From: an uncultured Gammaproteobacteria bacterium
Lineage (GTDB): Bacteria > Patescibacteriota > Microgenomatia > JAUYPR01
DNA length: 64,000 nt
NCBI GenBank assembly: GCA_964372495.1
Contig: CAYJQU010000002.1
Location: forward strand, 25,040-89,039
Direction: 5' to 3'
Shown here: positions 1-8,820 of the stretch, one piece after another
How the letters are laid out: every line of letters starts with the position of its first letter
Numbering within the stretch: the stretch's first letter is position 1
The notes under the pieces: model-generated
Told to the model about the DNA's origin: nothing
What the model saw: only the letters and a program-made list of their open reading frames with translations
Databases searched by the model: none
Program-made: the position numbers and the translations under genes

Positions 1-93
1 AAGCCCGCAGACAATCTCCCTCTTTAAGTACTCATTAAACTTTATATAACTGACTTGACCACTGAACCGTTCTTATTTGTACAATAGGGGATT

Positions 94-1038
94 ATGAGCT
101 CATTTGAGGTTCTCACTATCGTAGGCACGCTTATTTTTCTCGAGGGGATACTCTCGCTTGATAACGCGGCTATTTTGGGAGCGATTGCGAGTAAACTCCC
201 AGCAGACCAAGCAGTTCCGTGGCCACGAGGATTACGAGCTATCGGGTCAAAACTGAATCGACTCCTTGGAAATCAGCGGCAGGCAGCCCTCAAAGTTGGC
301 CTTTTTGGCGCGTACGCTGGTCGACTGCTTATGCTCTTCCTTGCCAGCTGGATTGTTCATAATCCATGGCTCAAATTAGCAGGAGGAGGATACCTACTGA
401 AGCTGGGACTTGAGGGAATCTCGATTGCTCCAAAGGAGAAACAAAAAGAGCAACAGATCCATGCACCCGAGAGTTTTTGGAGTGCGGTTGCAGTTATTGA
501 ACTGGTGGACCTTGCGTTTTCACTGGACAATGTGCTGGCTGCGGTGGCTATCTCCGAAGCATTTTGGGTTATAGCCCTTGGGGTGGGTTTGGGCATCATC
601 GCGATGCGATTTGCGGCCAGCATCTTTGCCTACCTTATCAAGATTGAGCCCCACTTGGTGCGGGCAGCGTATCTCCTTATCTTTGTCATTGCAATCGAGC
701 TCATCTTAGAACAACTGGCGCAGCTACATGTGGAACACTGGCAGAGGTTAGTTATCTCACTTGCAATCATCGGGTTTACGTTTCTGTATCGCCGTCTGCC
801 TCCGTACTTGCAGTTGCAAAGGACGTTTCGACTCATCGGCACTGCGGGGTATTACCTTGATGAAGGTATTAATTATCTCTTTGTCCCAGTAAAGCTTAGT
901 CTTCGCTTTGCGTTTGTCGAGGTACTCAGACCCACCGGCCTGCGCCTTGCCCATGTCTACAGTCGCATAGAAAAAATCGTAATCGCGTCAGTCGCCTACA
1001 TTGCCATACGGCTCCGGCGCATCCGCGGCTCTGCCTAG
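94..1038 (+). CDS. TerC-family integral membrane protein
   Basis: Hydrophobic throughout, with repeated LSLDN/FSLDN motifs typical of the TerC/Alx family. Confidence 0.55.
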   Translation: MSSFEVLTIVGTLIFLEGILSLDNAAILGAIASKLPADQAVPWPRGLRAIGSKLNRLLGNQRQAALKVGLFGAYAGRLLMLFLASWIVHNPWLKLAGGGYLLKLGLEGISIAPKEKQKEQQIHAPESFWSAVAVIELVDLAFSLDNVLAAVAISEAFWVIALGVGLGIIAMRFAASIFAYLIKIEPHLVRAAYLLIFVIAIELILEQLAQLHVEHWQRLVISLAIIGFTFLYRRLPPYLQLQRTFRLIGTAGYYLDEGINYLFVPVKLSLRFAFVEVLRPTGLRLAHVYSRIEKIVIASVAYIAIRLRRIRGSA

Positions 1039-1087
1039 AGTTTTCGAGCATGGCCTTCAATCTTCCCAAAAGACAGGTGATTCTGGT

Positions 1088-2023
1088 ATGCTGTTTCCTA
1101 CGTTTATGGCGCCAGATTTCACCGGCGGCACCAGCTGGCTCAACTCAGAGCCGCTTACTATTACCCAGCTGCGAGGTAAAGTTGTCGTCGTAGATTTCTG
1201 GACCTACACCTGTATCAACTGCATTCGCACACTCCCCTATCTCACCAAATGGTACGAGAAGTACAAAGACAAGGGGCTAGTCATCATCGGTGTGCATACC
1301 CCTGAGTTTGAGTTTGAAAAAAGCACAAAAAACGTACAGGAAGCCATCAAAGATTTAGGTATTACCTATCCAGTGGTACAAGACAACGAGTATCTGATCT
1401 GGCAAGCGTATGACAATCACTACTGGCCGGCAAAATACTTTATTGACAAGGACGGCGTTATCCGAAACTCCCATTTTGGGGAGGGAGCCCACGAGGAATC
1501 CGAGAAGCTCGTCCAGCAGCTTCTTGTAGAAACAGGAGTAAAGGCACAGATGCCGATTACAAAACTCCAGGAGCCGAAAAACGGTGCACGCACGCCGGAA
1601 ACGTACCTTGGCTATCGGCGCATGGCAAATTTCGCATCTCCGGAAATTCTACGAAGCAACAGGCGCTCCTCCTACACCATACCGACAAATTTACTGGTGA
1701 GAAGCTTTGCACTGGGCGGCAGCTGGACTGTTGGCGAGGAGCGTTCAATTGCCGAAAAAGGTGCATCGTTGGCATTTCACTTTGAAGCAAAAGAGGTGTA
1801 TGTAGTTATGCGACCGCCTGAGGGGAAAGCGACAGTAAACGTGCTGCTGGACGGCAAGCCTGTAGATAAAGAGCATGCTGGTATAGACGTTCAGAACGGA
1901 CAGGTCGGTATTGATGAGGATCGGATGTATCGGTTCATCAAGCTCCCCCGCACCGAAAGCCATATCCTGACGCTCGAGTTTCCTGAAGGCAATGTTGAGG
2001 TCTACGCTTTTACGTTTGGGTAG
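1088..2023 (+). CDS. Thioredoxin-fold thiol-disulfide oxidoreductase (TlpA/ResA/DipZ-C-like redoxin)
   Basis: VVVDFWTYTCINCIRTLPYL carries a CxxC motif in a redoxin-like context. I placed the start at ATG 1088, after the AGGTGA ribosome-binding site at 1074-1079, rather than at the overlapping track start 1001. Confidence 0.7.
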   Translation: MLFPTFMAPDFTGGTSWLNSEPLTITQLRGKVVVVDFWTYTCINCIRTLPYLTKWYEKYKDKGLVIIGVHTPEFEFEKSTKNVQEAIKDLGITYPVVQDNEYLIWQAYDNHYWPAKYFIDKDGVIRNSHFGEGAHEESEKLVQQLLVETGVKAQMPITKLQEPKNGARTPETYLGYRRMANFASPEILRSNRRSSYTIPTNLLVRSFALGGSWTVGEERSIAEKGASLAFHFEAKEVYVVMRPPEGKATVNVLLDGKPVDKEHAGIDVQNGQVGIDEDRMYRFIKLPRTESHILTLEFPEGNVEVYAFTFG

Positions 2024-2904
2024 GTAGATCTGCTATACTGGTTACTGAAACAATCGAAAAGGTTCCTTGGAGGCTTCCCTACTCCAAAGATAGCTCTGTC
2101 GATACGGCCAGAGCGGGGCCACACAAGCCTCTGCCCTGTCCAGTCCAGCGCATACCCTTTTTCTGAACCGGCCAAAATAGCGCCCAAGAGCACATCTCGC
2201 ATTTGGGGTGTGTGTACCACGAAAGCACGGGCCTCTCCTGAAAGAAACTTCAGAATCGCATCCGGCCACGTCACGCAAGTTGCACTATCTGTCTCAAACA
2301 CTTCGTAGCCCTTTTGGGCAATACAATCAACGATCGATTTTGCGACTCGATTATTCTTAAATATACGCTCTCTTACCACCGGAGGAATCTTGATTATCTC
2401 CGACTGCTTCAGCCCATGACGATAGACGTTCTCTGCCTGGCAAGCATGCCCATGCTTGTCTAAAAAGTATGCTCTGTCACGCGCAGGAAAATACACGAGA
2501 GCGGAAACCATCTCCTCCTCCTCGACAAGTCCCACACAAATCGAGTACGAGTCTTTTCCGCTGGCATACTCCAATGTCCCGTCCACGGGATCTATTACCA
2601 GAGAACGGTTAGCTGTTTTATTTGGAAATAGCTTGACGAGGGAAGTGTCCTCTTCTGCATCGAGATAAATTGTTTCTGGATTGAAAAGGTCAAGGGCCGC
2701 AAGTAAAATGATTTCTTGCACCATCTCATCAACTATCGTCTTCGCCTTGCGTCCCAGTACTACATTCTCCGTGTCCCCCTCCATTACCTCTATCTCTTTC
2801 CCAACGTTCTCTACTTTTCCCTGCAGCTCCCGCGCCACCACCCCCGCCTGTCGTACTGCCCGGCTCATGCGCTGCAAAAATAAATGCCGCTGTCTCAATT
2901 CACT
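2002..2904 (-). CDS. Inositol monophosphatase / 3'(2'),5'-bisphosphate nucleotidase family protein
   Basis: DPVDGT metal-binding motif and overall IMPase-like architecture. The start is probably MSELRQ, 22 codons into the track ORF. Confidence 0.6.
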   Translation of the reverse strand, partial: SELRQRHLFLQRMSRAVRQAGVVARELQGKVENVGKEIEVMEGDTENVVLGRKAKTIVDEMVQEIILLAALDLFNPETIYLDAEEDTSLVKLFPNKTANRSLVIDPVDGTLEYASGKDSYSICVGLVEEEEMVSALVYFPARDRAYFLDKHGHACQAENVYRHGLKQSEIIKIPPVVRERIFKNNRVAKSIVDCIAQKGYEVFETDSATCVTWPDAILKFLSGEARAFVVHTPQMRDVLLGAILAGSEKGYALDWTGQRLVWPRSGRIDRAIFGVGKPPRNLFDCFSNQYSRSTYPNVKA

Positions 2905-3025
2905 CATTGTGTTTCTGGCCTGTCTTTTTTCATCGCCCGATTGTACCAAATAGCATAAACTAAACGTCAACTAGTCGACAAAACTCTGCTATAGCACATT
3001 TTCGTCGGTCGTCCACTCCCTTGGG

Positions 3026-3931
3026 TTGATATCGCAATATGGCAACAGGTGCTATGGCAAACAGAAGCATGCTATTATATGTCCTGACCACCTAAGAAAC
3101 ATGCCTATACAGCCAATTATATCCTCAGGCCAGATGAACAAATTTCAGGCTCAAATTTACGCTTTCTATAAAAACTATAAAAGAGATTTTCCGTGGCGAC
3201 ATACAAATGACCCCTATTATATTTTAATTTCTGAGGTAATGCTCCAGCAAACGCAAACCTACCGCGTACTCCCTAAGTATCTTGAGTTCCTGAAGAGATT
3301 TCCAACGGTAGAGGACCTTGCCAGCGCTCCGCTGGCTGATGTTCTCACTGTATGGAGCGGCCTGGGATACAATCGGCGTGCACGGTTCCTTCAGCAAGTA
3401 GCCAAGATCATTGTTGAGGCATACCAGGGAAACGTACCCTCTGATCCTAAGCAGCTTGATGCACTCCCAGGCATTGGACATACTACCGCATCCGCAGTAG
3501 CCGCTTTCTCATATAACCGCCCGGTGGTTTTTATTGAGACGAACATCAGACGAGTTTTTATTCATTTTTTCTTTCCAGAGGACAAGTTTGTCTCCGATAA
3601 AACGCTTCTGCCTCTTGTTGCCCAAACACTGGATAAGGACAACTCCAGGGAATGGTACTGGGCACTTATGGACTATGGAGCTCACCTGGCTTCGAAGGTC
3701 GGTAACCCAAATCGGCGAAGTGCGCATTACACGAAACAATCAGCATTTGAAGGCTCAGTACGAAAGGTACGAGGAGAGATACTAAGGCTATTACTTTACC
3801 ATCGTGAGATTAATCGCCGGGAGTTATTTTCGAATTTCTCCAATAACTCTCCGAAGGCAGAGCGCGCCCTGGATGGACTTGTACGCGACGGTCTTCTCAA
3901 AGTGGTCGACCAGACCATTCAGCTAGCCTAA
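3026..3931 (+). CDS. HhH-GPD DNA glycosylase, MutY-like N-terminal domain
   Basis: ISEVMLQQTQ and WSGLGYNRRARFL match the MutY helix-hairpin-helix/GPD signature. The Cys-x6-Cys-x2-Cys-x5-Cys iron-sulfur loop and the C-terminal MutT-like domain are not present. Confidence 0.7.
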   Translation: MISQYGNRCYGKQKHAIICPDHLRNMPIQPIISSGQMNKFQAQIYAFYKNYKRDFPWRHTNDPYYILISEVMLQQTQTYRVLPKYLEFLKRFPTVEDLASAPLADVLTVWSGLGYNRRARFLQQVAKIIVEAYQGNVPSDPKQLDALPGIGHTTASAVAAFSYNRPVVFIETNIRRVFIHFFFPEDKFVSDKTLLPLVAQTLDKDNSREWYWALMDYGAHLASKVGNPNRRSAHYTKQSAFEGSVRKVRGEILRLLLYHREINRRELFSNFSNNSPKAERALDGLVRDGLLKVVDQTIQLA

Positions 3932-4068
3932 AACACTTCCAGTCCACAAACGGCGCATTACAACCAGCACAATTTTCTTAAACACCTGATAACGGAAGCT
4001 TTCAACAATCAGACTTCCTGAAAATGAACCTGCGATAGCAATGAAAAATAATGATGTAAAATACAGTT

Positions 4069-4404
4069 ATGGGCGTTGTGATTGTTGATGAAAAAGTTGC
4101 CCCAGAAGATCTTGTTATAGCACAAGAAGAATACGGGGAATATGTCAAGATTGTCATTGACATCGAAACAGAAGCAATGGCTATTGGGGGAGAGTGGCAT
4201 GCTGACGCCGAGAAAGAATTGCTTGAAGCAGGAAGTAAACAAAGTAACATGTGGGGAGGCGGAATCGATCTTACCTCCAAACGCATTGAGACTATTGCCC
4301 TCATTAACATACGACCTCGGCTCGGCAATGATAGCCAAGAAATTATTGATCCTAAAATCCGCCAGCGTTTCGTTACAATTGCCCGGAAAAAGTTTTGCTT
4401 ATGA
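4069..4404 (+). CDS. Hypothetical small acidic protein (111 aa)
   Basis: Long ORF in AT-rich DNA (about 42 percent GC by eye) with many D/E residues. Its TGA stop overlaps the ATG of the next ORF (ATGA). Confidence 0.45.
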   Translation: MGVVIVDEKVAPEDLVIAQEEYGEYVKIVIDIETEAMAIGGEWHADAEKELLEAGSKQSNMWGGGIDLTSKRIETIALINIRPRLGNDSQEIIDPKIRQRFVTIARKKFCL

Positions 4405-4667
4405 ATGTCGACATAGCCAATCTATCTGTCGACTTACGGAGAATCTCTTATTGGATCTATCGAGGTCGAACCGAGCTTGCTGACAAATTTCTAAATCAAT
4501 GTAAAGTAAAATATCGCACTATTCCTACACATATCGGTAATTATACGAACGTCTGGGATGAAGTAGAACGGATCCAGAATGCACAAAAAAAACAGATTGA
4601 GGGTGCAGAGCGTGCACTCACCCTTAGTCGGGTTCTGGAAATCTATTCACGCAATCATGCATCTTAA
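4401..4667 (+). CDS. Hypothetical small basic protein (88 aa)
   Basis: ATG at 4401 overlaps the upstream stop (ATGA coupling). K/R-rich and AT-rich. No motif recognised. Confidence 0.45.
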   Translation: MNVDIANLSVDLRRISYWIYRGRTELADKFLNQCKVKYRTIPTHIGNYTNVWDEVERIQNAQKKQIEGAERALTLSRVLEIYSRNHAS

Positions 4668-4718
4668 ATCAGAACGCTCGCTGCTATAGCTGTGAGCGAG
4701 CGCAGCGAGTCGAATCAG

Positions 4719-4789
4719 CTGCCGGGCTAGGATTCGAACCTAAATTACCAGGTCCAGAGCCTGGTTGCCTACCATTAGCAGACCCGGCA
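4719..4789 (-). tRNA. tRNA-Gln (anticodon CUG)
   Basis: Manual cloverleaf fold on the minus strand. The acceptor stem UGCCGGG/CCCGGCA has the U1:A72 pair typical of bacterial tRNA-Gln. D-stem UGCU/GGCA, anticodon stem CCAGG/CCUGG with loop CUCUGGA, T-stem/loop UUAGG-UUCGAAU-CCUAG. CCA is not encoded. Confidence 0.8.
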
Positions 4790-5016
4790 CTATAAGTTTA
4801 GAGATAACACCGAAAACTGATAAGCTTCTGGAAATATTGTACCTCATTTTTCTTCCGCAGTCTAATCGCCGTCTTCCTTACTTCCGAATGTAATCCAAGT
4901 AGCACAAGCGCATCGTTTACATCAGTAAGCAATTTGCGAATCCTATTTATAAATCATCAACAAGTAAAACAACTCCTGCTAAACCCTTTTTTCATAAAAC
5001 TGCCCCATTATGTATA

Positions 5017-6234
5017 ATGAGCGATATGGAAAGAATGCCGGGCCCTAGTGCTGACTGGGTGAGAAAAAGAAAGGGTGATAGAGTAAAAGTAGAAGTTGTT
5101 CAGGTCGACCCAAATACTGGAGTTACTACAATCTGGGCAAAACACTTGAAGTATTTTAGAGAATCAAGAATTGACCAACTTCCTCACAGTGGCTTATATC
5201 GCTGTATCTCCCGTTCTGCAAAGCCAGGAACAATTCCTGAACAACCCAGTTATGCAATCGAGGCGCATCACTCTGGAATCCATAAACATATAGCTTTGGA
5301 AAGAGCAGCTGATGGTTTAGGCTTAGGTTTAAAATTGCATATAATTGATGAATCAGAACCTAACCATTTTTTTGTAAACTATCAAGTCGACCATCTCAGA
5401 AGTATCGGGATACATCACAATTCGATGGATTTGGATGCAATTTACCAATCTTTAAAAGCTCGTCCCCTAGGTGCTAATCTTCTAGAGCTGGGAGAATTTT
5501 ATCGCAATACTGGTGCTGTTGCAACCTTTAACCCTTCTATGGGAGTAGTTGGCCCAGAGCTAGATGGGGACCAAAGGCTATATCTTGATTGGGCTCAATC
5601 TGAAACCAGATGGAAGAGAGACAAAATTATGAAAAATTGGACTGATGAGGAAAGAGCTAGAGTTATAATTGAAGTTGGTACAATCGTAAAAGGCGCTGTG
5701 ACGCAACATTTGGGACAAGATTTTCAACAACCTGATTTGGAGACATTAACTTCTGGTTTGATGGATGCTGTGTTAGTAGATTTACCTTTTGATTTTGATA
5801 CAAAAGAGGGAACTCTAGATAGATTAGCTGTTATTGCTGATTTAGTAGTTAGAAATACCGCCATGCTTGTTACAGCTAACAGACAAAAGTATGCGTATTT
5901 GAGTGATTTTACTGCGAACTTATATTTCTCACCACCAAATCGCGAAGAAATTGGTATAGAGATTGAAGATTTTGAATATGAGCCGATCCACAGAGACAGT
6001 TTAAGATTTGGAGAACGGTATAGGTATGAAGATTATGATTATTTAGTTACCAGAGATAATTCAGGCAGAGTAACTACTAGAATTGTCCGCATATTAGGAA
6101 AAACAACACCGTTACAAGTAACTGTCCGCGAGGAAATTGATTTGGAGGCATTAACCAAACTCTTAACGACTCCTGAAAGTATTGGGTGGGAGAAAGCATT
6201 AAGGGTTGCTGATATAGAACTTCAAAAAGGTTAA
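5017..6234 (+). CDS. Hypothetical protein (405 aa), AT-rich orphan gene
   Basis: 1.2-kb uninterrupted ORF in roughly 38-42 percent GC DNA, flanked by roughly 58 percent GC DNA. A TATAAT box at 5002-5007 precedes it. The start could be ATG 5017 or ATG 5035, the latter after GGAAAG. It has a His-rich segment HHSGIHKH and no recognisable domain. Confidence 0.6.
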   Translation: MSDMERMPGPSADWVRKRKGDRVKVEVVQVDPNTGVTTIWAKHLKYFRESRIDQLPHSGLYRCISRSAKPGTIPEQPSYAIEAHHSGIHKHIALERAADGLGLGLKLHIIDESEPNHFFVNYQVDHLRSIGIHHNSMDLDAIYQSLKARPLGANLLELGEFYRNTGAVATFNPSMGVVGPELDGDQRLYLDWAQSETRWKRDKIMKNWTDEERARVIIEVGTIVKGAVTQHLGQDFQQPDLETLTSGLMDAVLVDLPFDFDTKEGTLDRLAVIADLVVRNTAMLVTANRQKYAYLSDFTANLYFSPPNREEIGIEIEDFEYEPIHRDSLRFGERYRYEDYDYLVTRDNSGRVTTRIVRILGKTTPLQVTVREEIDLEALTKLLTTPESIGWEKALRVADIELQKG

Positions 6235-6269
6235 TCTAACAACACTATTCATTTAAGTCGGCTTCGTAG

Positions 6270-7691
6270 CTACCGATCGCCAACAGTATCAATAGCAGAC
6301 TGTAGGTGAGAAAGAACAGTATCTCTCCCCAACACGAGCATCGTGTCAAAAAGCGGAGGAGTTGCCGTTCTACCAGTAACTGCCACCCGTAGAAGCATAA
6401 ACAGCTCCCCATGCTTGAGGTGGTATCGGTCTGCTAGTGCCCGCATAGCCTGCTCAAGCGCATCATGCTCCCATTGGCACTCCTTTAACGTAGAAACTGC
6501 ATCCTGAAGTACTTGCTTAACATCAGCCACACCTTCTAACTTGAGTAGCCTCCGCTCCACCACAACATCCTCAAAGAAAAAGTCTGCAAGGATCTTGAAG
6601 TCAGCAAGCGTAATCATCCTATCGCGCACGAGCGGCAGCACGTTCTCCACCAGTCCTGCTTCCCATTCTGGGGGTACAAACGGTTTGAGTGCTTCTAGCA
6701 CCCGTGATGCGGGGAGTGTACGAATGTAGTGTCCATTAAACCAATCCAGCTTGTTGCGATCGAAAAATGCCGGACTCTTCTGCACACGCTCCAGGCTGAA
6801 CGACTGTGAAAGCTCGTCCAACGTAAACACTTCCCGGTTATCCGCCGGGGCCGAGTCAGATTCGGCTGGGGCCCACCCCAAAAGTGCCAGAAAATTAACC
6901 AAGGCTTCCGGCAAATACCCCTGCTCTCGATACGTAAGTACCGACTCCGCGCCGTGGCGTTTTGAAAGCTTTGACCGATCGGCTCCAACAATAATCGGCA
7001 GGTGGGCAAACTGCGGCGGGCTCCATCCAAGGAACTGATATACCAAAAGATGTTTTGGGGTCGATGAGAGCCATTCCTCTGCACGAATCACGTGGGTTAC
7101 CCCCATGTCATGATCGTCTACCACCACCGCCAGATGGTACGTTGGGAAGCCATCAGATTTTATAAGCACTTGGTCATCAAGTAACGCGTTTTGAAACGTT
7201 ACTTTCCCCCGAACGATATCCTCAAGCACCGTAACCCCTTGCTGTGGCACCTTCATGCGAACCACGTACGGTCTAGATGCCTGCAGGGCCTTGGCTACCT
7301 CGTCCTTACTGAGGGCCAAACACGTCTGATCATAGCGCGGCGGTTCCCTCCGCTCTTCTTGCTCCTTTCGCATCTGCGCCAGCCGCTCAGGAGTGCAGAA
7401 GCAATGATATGCATTGCCGCTCTCCAGAAGGATCTCTGCCGCTTTCTTATACACATCCAGGCGCTGCGACTGATACACCGGCCCCTCGTCCCACGAAAGC
7501 CCCAACCACTGCATGCTTTCCATAATCCTGTCAACCGACCCTTCTATATATCGCTTTCGGTCTGTATCTTCTATGCGTAGGATAAATATACCTCTCTGTT
7601 TCTTTGCAAAGAGGTAATTGAACAAGGCGGTTCGAATATTGCCAACATGCGGATCTCCGGTTGGCGATGGAGGATAGCGAACGCGCACCAT
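6270..7691 (-). CDS. gltX: Glutamyl-tRNA synthetase
   Basis: Class I HIGH motif (PHVGN) and KMSKS-type KLSKRHG, with GluRS-like length and sequence. Confidence 0.9.
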   Translation of the reverse strand: MVRVRYPPSPTGDPHVGNIRTALFNYLFAKKQRGIFILRIEDTDRKRYIEGSVDRIMESMQWLGLSWDEGPVYQSQRLDVYKKAAEILLESGNAYHCFCTPERLAQMRKEQEERREPPRYDQTCLALSKDEVAKALQASRPYVVRMKVPQQGVTVLEDIVRGKVTFQNALLDDQVLIKSDGFPTYHLAVVVDDHDMGVTHVIRAEEWLSSTPKHLLVYQFLGWSPPQFAHLPIIVGADRSKLSKRHGAESVLTYREQGYLPEALVNFLALLGWAPAESDSAPADNREVFTLDELSQSFSLERVQKSPAFFDRNKLDWFNGHYIRTLPASRVLEALKPFVPPEWEAGLVENVLPLVRDRMITLADFKILADFFFEDVVVERRLLKLEGVADVKQVLQDAVSTLKECQWEHDALEQAMRALADRYHLKHGELFMLLRVAVTGRTATPPLFDTMLVLGRDTVLSHLQSAIDTVGDR

Positions 7692-8820
7692 GGGGAGATT
7701 GTATCAAATACGCTATACTGTATGTGTGGCTACCCTGACAGAGACTGCCTATTACGCGCGCAAACTCCTACGTCTTGCCGCGTATACTGCACTGGTGCTC
7801 ATCATTGCAAAACTCGGATTTGATTTAGCGTATGCGGAGTATCGCCGACGCAACCCACTCCCACTACCCCAACCGCAGGTAGCTTTTGGACGCCTCCCCC
7901 GCCCCGCGTTACCGGACACCAAACTGTTCTCCGGGCCGGTGCGCTATATTCTTGATACCATCGACGGTACGTTCCCCGAAAGTTCACCTTCCGCCCGAGT
8001 CTTCTTGACTCCAGCACCACCTGTAAGCTTTCTAACCCCCAGCCGCGTCATGGATCAGGCAAAGCAGTGGGGTTTTACGGGTGAACCAGCAAACGTGCAG
8101 GCAACTATCTATCGCTTTGTCGATGAAGAGAAAGGTAGAACCATCACCATTGACGGGCTAACCGGCAACTTTATCTATCGGTACACGTACGAGGTCGATC
8201 CGAACGTATTTACTCAAGCAAACGTCCCCTTAGGAGACAGCGCACTACGGGAAGCAATGAATGTGTTGTCGCAATACCACGTGCTCGGGGACCAAAACAC
8301 ACCTCTTTTACGAAGTGATCTTGCCCAAGGTGATACCGTAGTCACCCACTACCGCTACGAAAATAACGCACTCATACATACGCCTGCTCCCTCACAAGCT
8401 CATGCGATCCGCGTGGAGTTCTCGCGCGAACCACTTGATGGGATCCCGGTGTTGCCCGCTGACCCAGACAGTCCTCCGGTATCTATCTTGTTTTCAGGAG
8501 CAGGCGACGACCGCCGGATTCTTGAGCTTCGCTACCAATACACACCGATTGGGCTGGAAACCGCGTCCACATATCCTATCAGAAGCTCACGCGAGGTGTG
8601 GAACGAACTCCAGGCAGGCAAAGCCACCTTGGTGCGGATACCGCAAAAAGAAGTGCGCGAACTTCCCATTCGATCTATTCTTCTCGCCTACGTGCTGCCA
8701 CAAAAAAGGCAAGATTATCTTCAGCCTGTCTGGGTTTTTGAAGGAGAGCAATTCCTCGCATATGTGCCAGCCGTGACTGAGGAATGGTTCGGTCAGGAAG
8801 AAACAGCTTCCCAAGAGTAA
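7690..8820 (+). CDS. Hypothetical membrane-anchored protein
   Basis: N-terminal hydrophobic helix followed by a roughly 330-aa unannotatable domain. The true start is probably downstream of the track start, which abuts the gltX start. Confidence 0.4.
   Translation: MGRLYQIRYTVCVATLTETAYYARKLLRLAAYTALVLIIAKLGFDLAYAEYRRRNPLPLPQPQVAFGRLPRPALPDTKLFSGPVRYILDTIDGTFPESSPSARVFLTPAPPVSFLTPSRVMDQAKQWGFTGEPANVQATIYRFVDEEKGRTITIDGLTGNFIYRYTYEVDPNVFTQANVPLGDSALREAMNVLSQYHVLGDQNTPLLRSDLAQGDTVVTHYRYENNALIHTPAPSQAHAIRVEFSREPLDGIPVLPADPDSPPVSILFSGAGDDRRILELRYQYTPIGLETASTYPIRSSREVWNELQAGKATLVRIPQKEVRELPIRSILLAYVLPQKRQDYLQPVWVFEGEQFLAYVPAVTEEWFGQEETASQE

Noticed and set aside
1001-1087. Track start of the redoxin gene at 1001
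   Set aside because: It overlaps the 3' end of the TerC-like gene. ATG 1088, preceded by AGGTGA, is the more plausible start.
3932-4068. Search for a direct repeat of the tRNA-Gln 3' end (att-like) that would bound the AT-rich islet
   Set aside because: I found only a 6-7 nt match (GAACCT). This is too short to support an integration-site duplication, and no integrase gene is present.
5080-5300. Possible HNH-like or KOW-like motifs in the 405-aa orphan (GDRVKVEVVQVDPNTG; HHSGIHKH...PNH)
   Set aside because: The spacing and context are not convincing by eye. They are reported only as sequence observations, not as domain calls.
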